A DNA stretch of 64,000 nucleotides from the human T2T-CHM13v2.0 reference genome, Homo sapiens. Where the stretch lies: NCBI RefSeq assembly GCF_009914755.1, contig NC_060925.1; one strand, written 5' to 3'. Under the pieces are notes generated by a model. It worked only from the letters and a program-made list of their open reading frames with translations. It did no database searches and was not told the DNA's origin. Numbering within the stretch: position 1 is the first letter of the stretch; the number at the start of each line of letters is the position of its first letter. The translations under genes were made by a program, and so were the position numbers. Positions 12,401-24,600 of the stretch are shown here, in pieces.

Positions 12401-15400
12401 GACCTCAAAGCGGCTGAAATCTCCACTTGCAAATTCCACAAAAAGAGTGTTTCAAGTCTGCTCTGTGTAAAGGATCGTTCAACTCTGTGAGTAGAATACA
12501 CACAACACAAGGAAGTTACTGAGAATTATTCTGTCTAGCAGAATATGAAGAAATCCCGTTTCCAACGAAGGCCACAAGATGTCAGAATATCCACTTACAG
12601 ACTTTACAAACAGAGTGTTTCCTAACTGCTCTATGAACAGAAAGGTTAAACTCTGTGAGTTGAACGAACACATCACAACGCAGTTTGTGGGAATGATTCT
12701 GTCTAGTTTTGAAACGAAGATATTTCCTTTTCTGCCGTTGACCTTAAAGCGCTTGAAATCTACACTTGCAAATTGCACAAATAGAGTGTTTCAAATCTGC
12801 TCTGTCTAAGGGAACGTTCAACTCTGTGAGTTGAATGCACACAACACAAGGAAGTTACTGGGAATTCTTCTGTCTAGCCTTACATGAAAAAAACCCGTTT
12901 CCAACGAAGGCCTCTAAGTGGTCAAAATATCCACGTGCAGACTTTACAAACAGAGTGTTTCCAAACCGCTGAATGAAAAGAAAAGTTAAACTCTGAGAGT
13001 TGAACGCACACATCACGCAGCAGTTTCTGAGAATGATTCTGTGTAGTTTTTATACGAAGATATTTCCTTTTCTGCCTTTGGCCCCAAAGCGCTTGAAATC
13101 TCCACTTGCAAATTCCACAAAAACAGTGTTTCAAATCTGCTCTCTCTAAATGAAAGTTCAACTCTGTCAGTTGAATACACACAACACAAGGAAGTTACTG
13201 AGAATTCTTCTGTCTAGCATAATATGAAGAAATCCCGTTTCCAACGAAGGCCTCAAAGGAGTCTGAATATCCACTTGCAGACTTTATAAACAGAGTGTTT
13301 ACTAACTGCTCTATGAAAAGAAAGGTTAAACTCTGTGAGTTGAACACACACATCACAAAGGAGTTTCTGAGAATCATTCTGTCTAGTTTTTCTACGAAGA
13401 TATGTCCTTTTCTACTATTGACCTCAAAGCGGCTGAAATCTCCACTTGCAAATTCCACAAAAAGAGTGTTTCAAGTCTGCTCTGTGTAAAGGATCGTTCA
13501 ACTCTGTGAGTTGAATACACACAACACAAGGAAGTTACTGAGAATTCTTCTGTCTAGCAGAATATGAAGAAATCCCGTTTCCAACGAAGGCCTCAAAGAG
13601 GTCTGAATATCCACTTGCAGACTTTACAAACAGAGTGTTTCCTAACTGCTCTATGAAAAGAAAGGTTAAACTCTGTGAGTTGAACGCACACATCACAAAG
13701 GAGTTTCTGAGAATCATTCTGTCTATTTTCTATAGGAAGATATTTCCTATTCTACCATTGACCTCAAAGCGGCTGAAATCTCCACTTGCAAATTCCACAA
13801 AAAGAGTGTTTCAAGTCTGCTCTGTGTAAAGGATCATTCAACTCTGTGAGTTGAATAAACACAACACAAGGAAGTTACTGAGAATTCTTCTGTCTAGCAG
13901 AATATGAAGAAATCCCGTTTCCAACGAAGGCCTCAAGGAGGTCTGAATATCCACTTGCAGACTTTTCAAACAGAGTGTTTCCTAACTGCTCTATGAACAG
14001 AAAGGTTAAACTCTGTGAGTTGAACGCACACATCACAAAGGAGTTTATGAGAATCATTCTGTCTAGTTTCTATAAGAAGACATTTCCTATTCTACCATTG
14101 ACCTCAAAGCGGCTGAAATCTCCACTTGCAAATTCGACAAAAAGAGTGTTTCAAGCCTGCTCTCTGTAAAGGATCCTTCAACTCTGTGAGTTGAATACAC
14201 ACAACACAAGGAAGTTACTGAGAATTATTCTGTCTAGCAAAATATGAAGAAATCCCGTTTCCAACGAAGGCCTCAAAGAGGTCTGAATATCCACTTGCAG
14301 ACTTTACAAACAGAGTGTTTCCTAACTGCTCTATGAGAAGAAAAGTTAAACTCTGTGAGTTGAACGCACACATCACAAAAGATTTTCTGAGAATCATTCT
14401 GTCTAGTCTTTATATGAAGATAGTTTCCTTTTCTACCATTGACCTCAAAGCGGCTGAAATCTCCACTTGCAAGTTCCACAAAAAGAGTGTTTCAAGTCTG
14501 CTCTGTGTAAAGGATCGTTCAACTCTGTGAGTTGAATACACACAACACAAGGAAGTTACTGAGAATTCTTCTGTCTAGCAGAATATGAAGAAATCCCGTT
14601 TCCAACGAAGGCCACAAGATGTCAGAATATCCACTTACAGACTTTACAAACAGAGTGTTTCCTAACTGCTCTATGAACAGAAAGGTTAAACTCTGTGAGT
14701 TGAACGAACACATCACAACGCAGTTTGTGGGAATGATTCTGTCTAGTTTTGAAACGAAGATATTTCCTTTTCTGCCGTTGACCTTAAAGCGCTTGAAATC
14801 TACACTTGCAAATTGCACAAATAGAGTGTTTCAAATCTGCTCTGTCTAAGGGAACGTTCAACTCTGTGAGTTGAATGCACACAACACAAGGAAGTTACTG
14901 GGAATTCTTCTGTCTAGCCTTAAATGAAAAAAACCCGTTTCCAACGAAGGCCTCTAAGTGGTCAAAATATCCACGTGCAGACTTTACAAACAGAGTGTTT
15001 CCAAATCGCTGAATGAAAAGAAAAGTTAAACTCTGAGAGTTGAACGCACACATCACGCAGCAGATTCTGAGAATGATTCTGTCTTGTTTTTATACGAAGA
15101 TATTTCCTTTTCTGCCTTTGGCCCCAAAGCGCTTGAAATCTCCACTTGCAAATTCCACAAAAACAGTGTTTCAAATCTGCTCTCTCTAAATGAAAGTTCA
15201 ACTCTGTCAGTTGAATACACACAACACAAGGAAGTTACTGAGAATTCTTCTGTCTAGCATAATATGAAGAAATCCCGTTTCCAACGAAGGCCTCAAAGGG
15301 GTCTGAATATCCACTTGCAGACTTTATAAACAGAGTGTTTACTAACTGCTCTATGAAAAGAAAGGTTAAACTCTGTGAGTTGAACACACACATCACAAAG

Positions 15401-18400
15401 GAGTTTCTGAGAATCATTCTGTCTAGTTTTTCTACGAAGATATTTCCTTTTCTACTATTGACCTCAAAGCGGCTGAAATCTCCACTTGCAAATTCCACAA
15501 AAAGAGTGTTTCAAGTCTGCTCTGTGTAAAGGATCGTTCAACTCTGTGAGTAGAATACACACAACACAAGGAAGTTACTGAGAATTATTCTGTCTAGCAG
15601 AATATGAAGAAATCCCGTTTCCAACGAAGGCCACAAGATGTCAGAATATCCACTTACAGACTTTACAAACAGAGTGTTTCCTAACTGCTCTATGAACAGA
15701 AAGGTTAAACTCTGTGAGTTGAACGAACACATCACAACGCAGTTTGTGGGAATGATTCTGTCTAGTTTTGAAACGAAGATATTTCCTTTTCTGCCGTTGA
15801 CCTTAAAGCGCTTGAAATCTACACTTGCAAATTGCACAAATAGAGTGTTTCAAATCTGCTCTGTCTAAGGGAACGTTCAACTCTGTGAGTTGAATGCACA
15901 CAACACAAGGAAGTTACTGGGAATTCTTCTGTCTAGCCTTACATGAAAAAAACCCGTTTCCAACGAAGGCCTCTAAGTGGTCAAAATATCCACGTGCAGA
16001 CTTTACAAACAGAGTGTTTCCAAACCGCTGAATGAAAAGAAAAGTTAAACTCTGAGAGTTGAACGCACACATCACGCAGCAGTTTCTGAGAATGATTCTG
16101 TGTAGTTTTTATACGAAGATATTTCCTTTTCTGCCTTTGGCCCCAAAGCGCTTGAAATCTCCACTTGCAAATTCCACAAAAACAGTGTTTCAAATCTGCT
16201 CTCTCTAAATGAAAGTTCAACTCTGTCAGTTGAATACACACAACACAAGGAAGTTACTGAGAATTCTTCTGTCTAGCATAATATGAAGAAATCCCGTTTC
16301 CAACGAAGGCCTCAAAGGGGTCTGAATATCCACTTGCAGACTTTATAAACAGAGTGTTTACTAACTGCTCTATGAAAAGAAAGGTTAAACTCTGTGAGTT
16401 GAACACACACATCACAAAGGAGTTTCTGAGAATCATTCTGTCTAGTTTTTCTACGAAGATATGTCCTTTTCTACTATTGACCTCAAAGCGGCTGAAATCT
16501 CCACTTGCAAATTCCACAAAAAGAGTGTTTCAAGTCTGCTCTGTGTAAAGGATCGTTCAACTCTGTGAGTTGAATACACACAACACAAGGAAGTTACTGA
16601 GAATTCTTCTGTCTAGCAGAATATGAAGAAATCCCGTTTCCAACGAAGGCCTCAAAGAGGTCTGAATATCCACTTGCAGACTTTACAAACAGAGTGTTTC
16701 CTAACTGCTCTATGAAAAGAAAGGTTAAACTCTGTGAGTTGAACGCACACATCACAAAGGAGTTTCTGAGAATCATTCTGTCTATTTTCTATAGGAAGAT
16801 ATTTCCTATTCTACCATTGACCTCAAAGCGGCTGAAATCTCCACTTGCAAATTCCACAAAAAGAGTGTTTCAAGTCTGCTCTGTGTAAAGGATCATTCAA
16901 CTCTGTGAGTTGAATAAACACAACACAAGGAAGTTACTGAGAATTCTTCTGTCTAGCAGAATATGAAGAAATCCCGTTTCCAACGAAGGCCTCAAGGAGG
17001 TCTGAATATCCACTTGCAGACTTTTCAAACAGAGTGTTTCCTAACTGCTCTATGAAAAGAAAGGTTAAACTCTGTGAGTTGAACGCACACATCACAAAGG
17101 AGTTTATGAGAATCATTCTGTCTAGTTTCTATAAGAAGACATTTCCTATTCTACCATTGACCTCAAAGCGGCTGAAATCTCCACTTGCAAATTCGACAAA
17201 AAGAGTGTTTCAAGCCTGCTCTCTGTAAAGGATCCTTCAACTCTGTGAGTTGAATACACACAACACAAGGAAGTTACTGAGAATTATTCTGTCTAGCAAA
17301 ATATGAAGAAATCCCGTTTCCAACGAAGGCCTCAAAGAGGTCTGAATATCCACTTGCAGACTTTACAAACAGAGTGTTTCCTAACTGCTCTATGAGAAGA
17401 AAAGTTAAACTCTGTGAGTTGAACGCACACATCACAAAAGATTTTCTGAGAATCATTCTGTCTAGTTTCTATAAGAAGACATTTCCTATTCTACCATTGA
17501 CCTCAAAGCGGCTGAAATCTCCACTTGCAAATTCGACAAAAAGAGTGTTTCAAGCCTGCTCTCTGTAAAGGATCGTTCAACTCTGTGAGTTGAATACACA
17601 CAACACAAGGAAGTTACTGAGAATTCTTCTGTCTAGCAGAATATGAAGAAATCCCGTTTCCAACGAAGGCCACAAGATGTCAGAATATCCACTTACAGAC
17701 TTTACAAACAGAGTGTTTCCTAACTGCTCTATGAACAGAAAGGTTAAACTCTGTGAGTTGAACGAACACATCACAACGCAGTTTGTGGGAATGATTCTGT
17801 CTAGTTTTGAAACGAAGATATTTCCTTTTCTGCCGTTGACCTTAAATCGCTTGAAATCTACACTTGCAAATTGCACAAATAGAGTGTTTCAAATCTGCTC
17901 TGTCTAAGGGAACGTTCAACTCTGTGAGTTGAATGCACACAACACAAGGAAGTTACTGGGAATTCTTCTGTCTAGCCTTACATGAAAAAAACCCGTTTCC
18001 AACGAAGGCCTCTAAGTGGTCAAAATATCCACGTGCAGACTTTACAAACAGAGTGTTTCCAAACCGCTGAATGAAAAGAAAAGTTAAACTCTGAGAGTTG
18101 AACGCACACATCACGCAGCAGATTCTGAGAATGATTCTGTCTAGTTTTTATACGAAGATATTTCCTTTTCTGCCTTTGGCCCCAAAGCGCTTGAAATCTC
18201 CACTTGCAAATTCCACAAAAACAGTGTTTCAAACCTGCTCTCTCTAAATGAAAGTTCAACTCTGTCAGTTGAATACACACAACACAAGGAAGCTACTGAG
18301 AATTCTTCTGTCTAGCATAATATGAAGAAATCCCGTTTCCAACGAAGGCCTCAAAGGGGTCTGAATATCCACTTGCAGACTTTATAAACAGAGTGTTTAC

Positions 18401-18600
18401 TAACTGCTCTATGAAAAGAAAGGTTAAACTCTGTGAGTTGAGCACACACATCACAAAGGAGTTTCTGAGAATCATTCTGCCTAGTTTTTCTACGAAGATA
18501 TTTCCTTTTCTACTATTGACCTCAAAGCGGCTGAAATCTCCACTTGCAAATTCCACAAAAAGAGTGTTTCAAGTCTGCTCTGTGTAAAGGATCGTTCAAC
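9480..18600 (-). repeat. Three tandem ~3059-bp 18-mer variant HORs (C-D-E-G'-A-B-C-D-E)
   Basis: Marker ORFs at 9520/12579/15638, 10576/13635/16694 (SIFYRK) and 10916/13975/17034 (KKTF) are all 3059 bp apart. Confidence 0.9.
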
Positions 18601-18644
18601 TCTGTGAGTAGAATACACACAACACAAGGAAGTTACTGAGAATT

Positions 18645-21600
18645 ATTCTGTCTAGCATAATATGAAGAAATCCCGTTTCCAACGAAGGCCTCAAAGAGGT
18701 CTGAATATCCACTTGCAGACTTTACAAACAGAGTGTTTCCTAACTGCTCTATGAGAAGAAAAGTTAAACTCTGTGAGTTGAACGCACACATCACAAAAGA
18801 TTTTCTGAGAATCATTCTGTCTAGTCTTTATATGAAGATAGTTTCCTTTTCTACCTTTCACCTCAAAGCGGCTGAAATCTCCACTTGCAAATTCCACAAA
18901 AAGAGTGTTTCAAGTCTGCTCTGTGTAAAGGATCGTTCAACTCTGTGAGTTGAATACACACAACACAAGGAAGTTACTGAGAATTCTTCTGTCTAGCAGA
19001 ATATGAAGAAATCCCGTTTCCAACGAAGGCCACAAGATGTCAGAATATCCACTTACAGACTTTACAAACAGAGTGTTTCCTAACTGCTCTATGAACAGAA
19101 AGGTTAAACTCTGTGAGTTGAACGAACACATCACAACCCAGTTTGTGGGAATGATTCTGTCTAGTTTTGAAAGGAAGATATTTCCTTTTCTGCCGTTGAC
19201 CTTAAAGCGCTTGAAATCTACACTTGCAAATTGCACAAATAGGCTGTTTCAAATCTGCTCTGTCTAAGGGAACGTTCAACTCTGTGAGTTGAATGCACAC
19301 AACACAAGGAAGTTACTGGGAATTCTTCTGTCTAGCCTTACATGAAAAAAACCCGTTTCCAACGAAGGCCTCTAAGTGGTCAAAATATCCACGTGCAGAC
19401 TTTACAAACAGAGTGTTTCCAAACCGCTGAATGAAAAGAAAAGTTAAACTCTGAGAGTTGAACGCACACATCACGCAGCAGTTTCTGAGAATGATTCTGT
19501 GTAGTTTTTATACGAAGATATTTCCTTTTCTGCCTTTGGCCCCAAAGCGCTTGAAATCTCCACTTGCAAATTCCACAAAAACAGTGTTTCAAATCTGCTC
19601 TCTCTAAATGAAAGTTCAACTCTGTCAGTTGAATACACACAACACAAGGAAGTTACTGAGAATTCTTCTGTCTAGCATAATATGAAGAAATCCCGTTTCC
19701 AACGAAGGCCTCAAAGGGGTCTGAATATCCACTTGCAGACTTTATAAACAGAGTGTTTACTAACTGCTCTATGAAAAGAAAGGTTAAACTCTGTGAGTTG
19801 AACACACACATCACAAAGGAGTTTCTGAGAATCATTCTGTCTAGTTTTTCTACGAAGATATGTCCTTTTCTACTATTGACCTCAAAGCGGCTGAAATCTC
19901 CACTTGCAAATTCCACAAAAAGAGTGTTTCAAGTCTGCTCTGTGTAAAGGATCGTTCAACTCTGTGAGTTGAATACACACAACACAAGGAAGTTACTGAG
20001 AATTCTTCTGTCTAGCAGAATATGAAGAAATCCCGTTTCCAACGAAGGCCTCAAAGAGGTCTGAATATCCACTTGCAGACTTTACAAACAGAGTGTTTCC
20101 TAACTGCTCTATGAAAAGAAAGGTTAAACTCTGTGAGTTGAACGCACACATCACAAAGGAGTTTCTGAGAATCATTCTGTCTATTTTCTATAGGAAGATA
20201 TTTCCTATTCTACCATTGACCTCAAAGCGGCTGAAATCTCCACTTGCAAATTCCACAAAAAGAGTGTTTCAAGTCTGCTCTGTGTAAAGGATCATTCAAC
20301 TCTGTGAGTTGAATAAACACAACACAAGGAAGTTACTGAGAATTCTTCTGTCTAGCAGAATATGAAGAAATCCCGTTTCCAACGAAGGCCTCAAGGAGGT
20401 CTGAATATCCACTTGCAGACTTTTCAAACAGAGTGTTTCCTAACTGCTCTATGAAAAGAAAGGTTAAACTCTGTGAGTTGAACGCACACATCACAAAGGA
20501 GTTTATGAGAATCATTCTGTCTAGTTTCTATAAGAAGACATTTCCTATTCTACCATTGACCTCAAAGCGGCTGAAATCTCCACTTGCAAATTCGACAAAA
20601 AGAGTGTTTCAAGCCTGCTCTCTGTAAAGGATCCTTCAACTCTGTGAGTTGAATACACACAACACAAGGAAGTTACTGAGAATTATTCTGTCTAGCAAAA
20701 TATGAAGAAATCCCGTTTCCAACGAAGGCCTCAAAGAGGTCTGAATATCCACTTGCAGACTTTACAAACAGAGTGTTTCCTAACTGCTCTATGAGAAGAA
20801 AAGTTAAACTCTGTGAGTTGAACGCACACATCACAAAAGATTTTCTGAGAATCATTCTGTCTAGTCTTTATATGAAGATAGTTTCCTTTTCTACCATTGA
20901 CCTCAAAGCGGCTGAAATCTCCACTTGCAAATTCCACAAAAAGAGTGTTTCAAGTCTGCTCTGTGTAAAGGATCGTTCAACTCTGTGAGTTGAATACACA
21001 CAACACAAGGAAGTTACTGAGAATTCTTCTGTCTAGCAGAATATGAAGAAATCCCGTTTCCAACGAAGGCCACAAGATGTCAGAATATCCACTTACAGAC
21101 TTTACAAACAGAGTGTTTCCTAACTGCTCTATGAACAGAAAGGTTAAACTCTGTGAGTTGAACGAACACATCACAACGCAGTTTGTGGGAATGATTCTGT
21201 CTAGTTTTGAAACGAAGATATTTCCTTTTCTGCCGTTGACCTTAAAGCGCTTGAAATCTACACTTGCAAATTGCACAAATAGAGTGTTTCAAATCTGCTC
21301 TGTCTAAGGGAACGTTCAACTCTGTGAGTTGAATGCACACAACACAAGGAAGTTACTGGGAATTCTTCTGTCTAGCCTTAAATGAAAAAAACCCGTTTCC
21401 AACGAAGGCCTCTAAGTGGTCAAAATATCCACGTGCAGACTTTACAAACAGAGTGTTTCCAAATCGCTGAATGAAAAGAAAAGTTAAACTCTGAGAGTTG
21501 AACGCACACATCACGCAGCAGATTCTGAGAATGATTCTGTCTTGTTTTTATACGAAGATATTTCCTTTTCTGCCTTTGGCCCCAAAGCGCTTGAAATCTC

Positions 21601-24600
21601 CACTTGCAAATTCCACAAAAACAGTGTTTCAAATCTGCTCTCTCTAAATGAAAGTTCAACTCTGTCAGTTGAATACACACAACACAAGGAAGTTACTGAG
21701 AATTCTTCTGTCTAGCATAATATGAAGAAATCCCGTTTCCAACGAAGGCCTCAAAGGGGTCTGAATATCCACTTGCAGACTTTATAAACAGAGTGTTTAC
21801 TAACTGCTCTATGAAAAGAAAGGTTAAACTCTGTGAGTTGAACACACACATCACAAAGGAGTTTCTGAGAATCATTCTGTCTAGTTTTTCTACGAAGATA
21901 TTTCCTTTTCTACTATTGACCTCAAAGCGGCTGAAATCTCCACTTGCAAATTCCACAAAAAGAGTGTTTCAAGTCTGCTCTGTGTAAAGGATCGTTCAAC
22001 TCTGTGAGTAGAATACACACAACACAAGGAAGTTACTGAGAATTATTCTGTCTAGCAGAATATGAAGAAATCCCGTTTCCAACGAAGGCCACAAGATGTC
22101 AGAATATCCACTTACAGACTTTACAAACAGAGTGTTTCCTAACTGCTCTATGAACAGAAAGGTTAAACTCTGTGAGTTGAACGAACACATCACAACGCAG
22201 TTTGTGGGAATGATTCTGTCTAGTTTTGAAACGAAGATATTTCCTTTTCTGCCGTTGACCTTAAAGCGCTTGAAATCTACACTTGCAAATTGCACAAATA
22301 GAGTGTTTCAAATCTGCTCTGTCTAAGGGAACGTTCAACTCTGTGAGTTGAATGCACACAACACAAGGAAGTTACTGGGAATTCTTCTGTCTAGCCTTAC
22401 ATGAAAAAAACCCGTTTCCAACGAAGGCCTCTAAGTGGTCAAAATATCCACGTGCAGACTTTACAAACAGAGTGTTTCCAAACCGCTGAATGAAAAGAAA
22501 AGTTAAACTCTGAGAGTTGAACGCACACATCACGCAGCAGTTTCTGAGAATGATTCTGTGTAGTTTTTATACGAAGATATTTCCTTTTCTGCCTTTGGCC
22601 CCAAAGCGCTTGAAATCTCCACTTGCAAATTCCACAAAAACAGTGTTTCAAATCTGCTCTCTCTAAATGAAAGTTCAACTCTGTCAGTTGAATACACACA
22701 ACACAAGGAAGTTACTGAGAATTCTTCTGTCTAGCATAATATGAAGAAATCCCGTTTCCAACGAAGGCCTCAAAGGGGTCTGAATATCCACTTGCAGACT
22801 TTATAAACAGAGTGTTTACTAACTGCTCTATGAAAAGAAAGGTTAAACTCTGTGAGTTGAACACACACATCACAAAGGAGTTTCTGAGAATCATTCTGTC
22901 TAGTTTTTCTACGAAGATATGTCCTTTTCTACTATTGACCTCAAAGCGGCTGAAATCTCCACTTGCAAATTCCACAAAAAGAGTGTTTCAAGTCTGCTCT
23001 GTGTAAAGGATCGTTCAACTCTGTGAGTTGAATACACACAACACAAGGAAGTTACTGAGAATTCTTCTGTCTAGCAGAATATGAAGAAATCCCGTTTCCA
23101 ACGAAGGCCTCAAAGAGGTCTGAATATCCACTTGCAGACTTTACAAACAGAGTGTTTCCTAACTGCTCTATGAAAAGAAAGGTTAAACTCTGTGAGTTGA
23201 ACGCACACATCACAAAGGAGTTTCTGAGAATCATTCTGTCTATTTTCTATAGGAAGATATTTCCTATTCTACCATTGACCTCAAAGCGGCTGAAATCTCC
23301 ACTTGCAAATTCCACAAAAAGAGTGTTTCAAGTCTGCTCTGTGGAAAGGATCATTCAACTCTGTGAGTTGAATAAACACAACACAAGGAAGTTACTGAGA
23401 ATTCTTCTGTCTAGCAGAATATGAAGAAATCCCGTTTCCAACGAAGGCCTCAAGGAGGTCTGAATATCCACTTGCAGACTTTTCAAACAGAGTGTTTCCT
23501 AACTGCTCTATGAAAAGAAAGGTTAAACTCTGTGAGTTGAACGCACACATCACAAAGGAGTTTATGAGAATCATTCTGTCTAGTTTCTATAAGAAGACAT
23601 TTCCTATTCTACCATTGACCTCAAAGCGGCTGAAATCTCCACTTGCAAATTCGACAAAAAGAGTGTTTCAAGCCTGCTCTCTGTAAAGGATCCTTCAACT
23701 CTGTGAGTTGAATACACACAACACAAGGAAGTTACTGAGAATTATTCTGTCTAGCAAAATATGAAGAAATCCCGTTTCCAACGAAGGCCTCAAAGAGGTC
23801 TGAATATCCACTTGCAGACTTTACAAACAGAGTGTTTCCTAACTGCTCTATGAGAAGAAAAGTTAAACTCTGTGAGTTGAACGCACACATCACAAAAGAT
23901 TTTCTGAGAATCATTCTGTCTAGTTTCTATAAGAAGACATTTCCTATTCTACCATTGACCTCAAAGCGGCTGAAATCTCCACTTGCAAATTCGACAAAAA
24001 GAGTGTTTCAAGCCTGCTCTCTGTAAAGGATCGTTCAACTCTGTGAGTTGAATACACACAACACAAGGAAGTTACTGAGAATTCTTCTGTCTAGCAGAAT
24101 ATGAAGAAATCCCGTTTCCAACGAAGGCCACAAGATGTCAGAATATCCACTTACAGACTTTACAAACAGAGTGTTTCCTAACTGCTCTATGAACAGAAAG
24201 GTTAAACTCTGTGAGTTGAACGAACACATCACAACGCAGTTTGTGGGAATGATTCTGTCTAGTTTTGAAACGAAGATATTTCCTTTTCTGCCGTTGACCT
24301 TAAAGCGCTTGAAATCTACACTTGCAAATTGCACAAATAGAGTGTTTCAAATCTGCTCTGTCTAAGGGAACGTTCAACTCTGTGAGTTGAATGCACACAA
24401 CACAAGGAAGTTACTGGGAATTCTTCTGTCTAGCCTTAAATGAAAAAAACCCGTTTCCAACGAAGGCCTCTAAGTGGTCAAAATATCCACGTGCAGACTT
24501 TACAAACAGAGTGTTTCCAAATCGCTGAATGAAAAGAAAAGTTAAACTCTGAGAGTTGAACGCACACATCACGCAGCAGATTCTGAGAATGATTCTGTCT

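Noticed and set aside
23152-23424. Longer read-through ORFs (90 aa here and at 25191; 104-105 aa at 31525, 33225, 44443, 48523, 54646, 57706)
   Set aside because: They are explained by single stop-codon SNVs or hybrid junctions. They are useful as markers but give no evidence of coding function.
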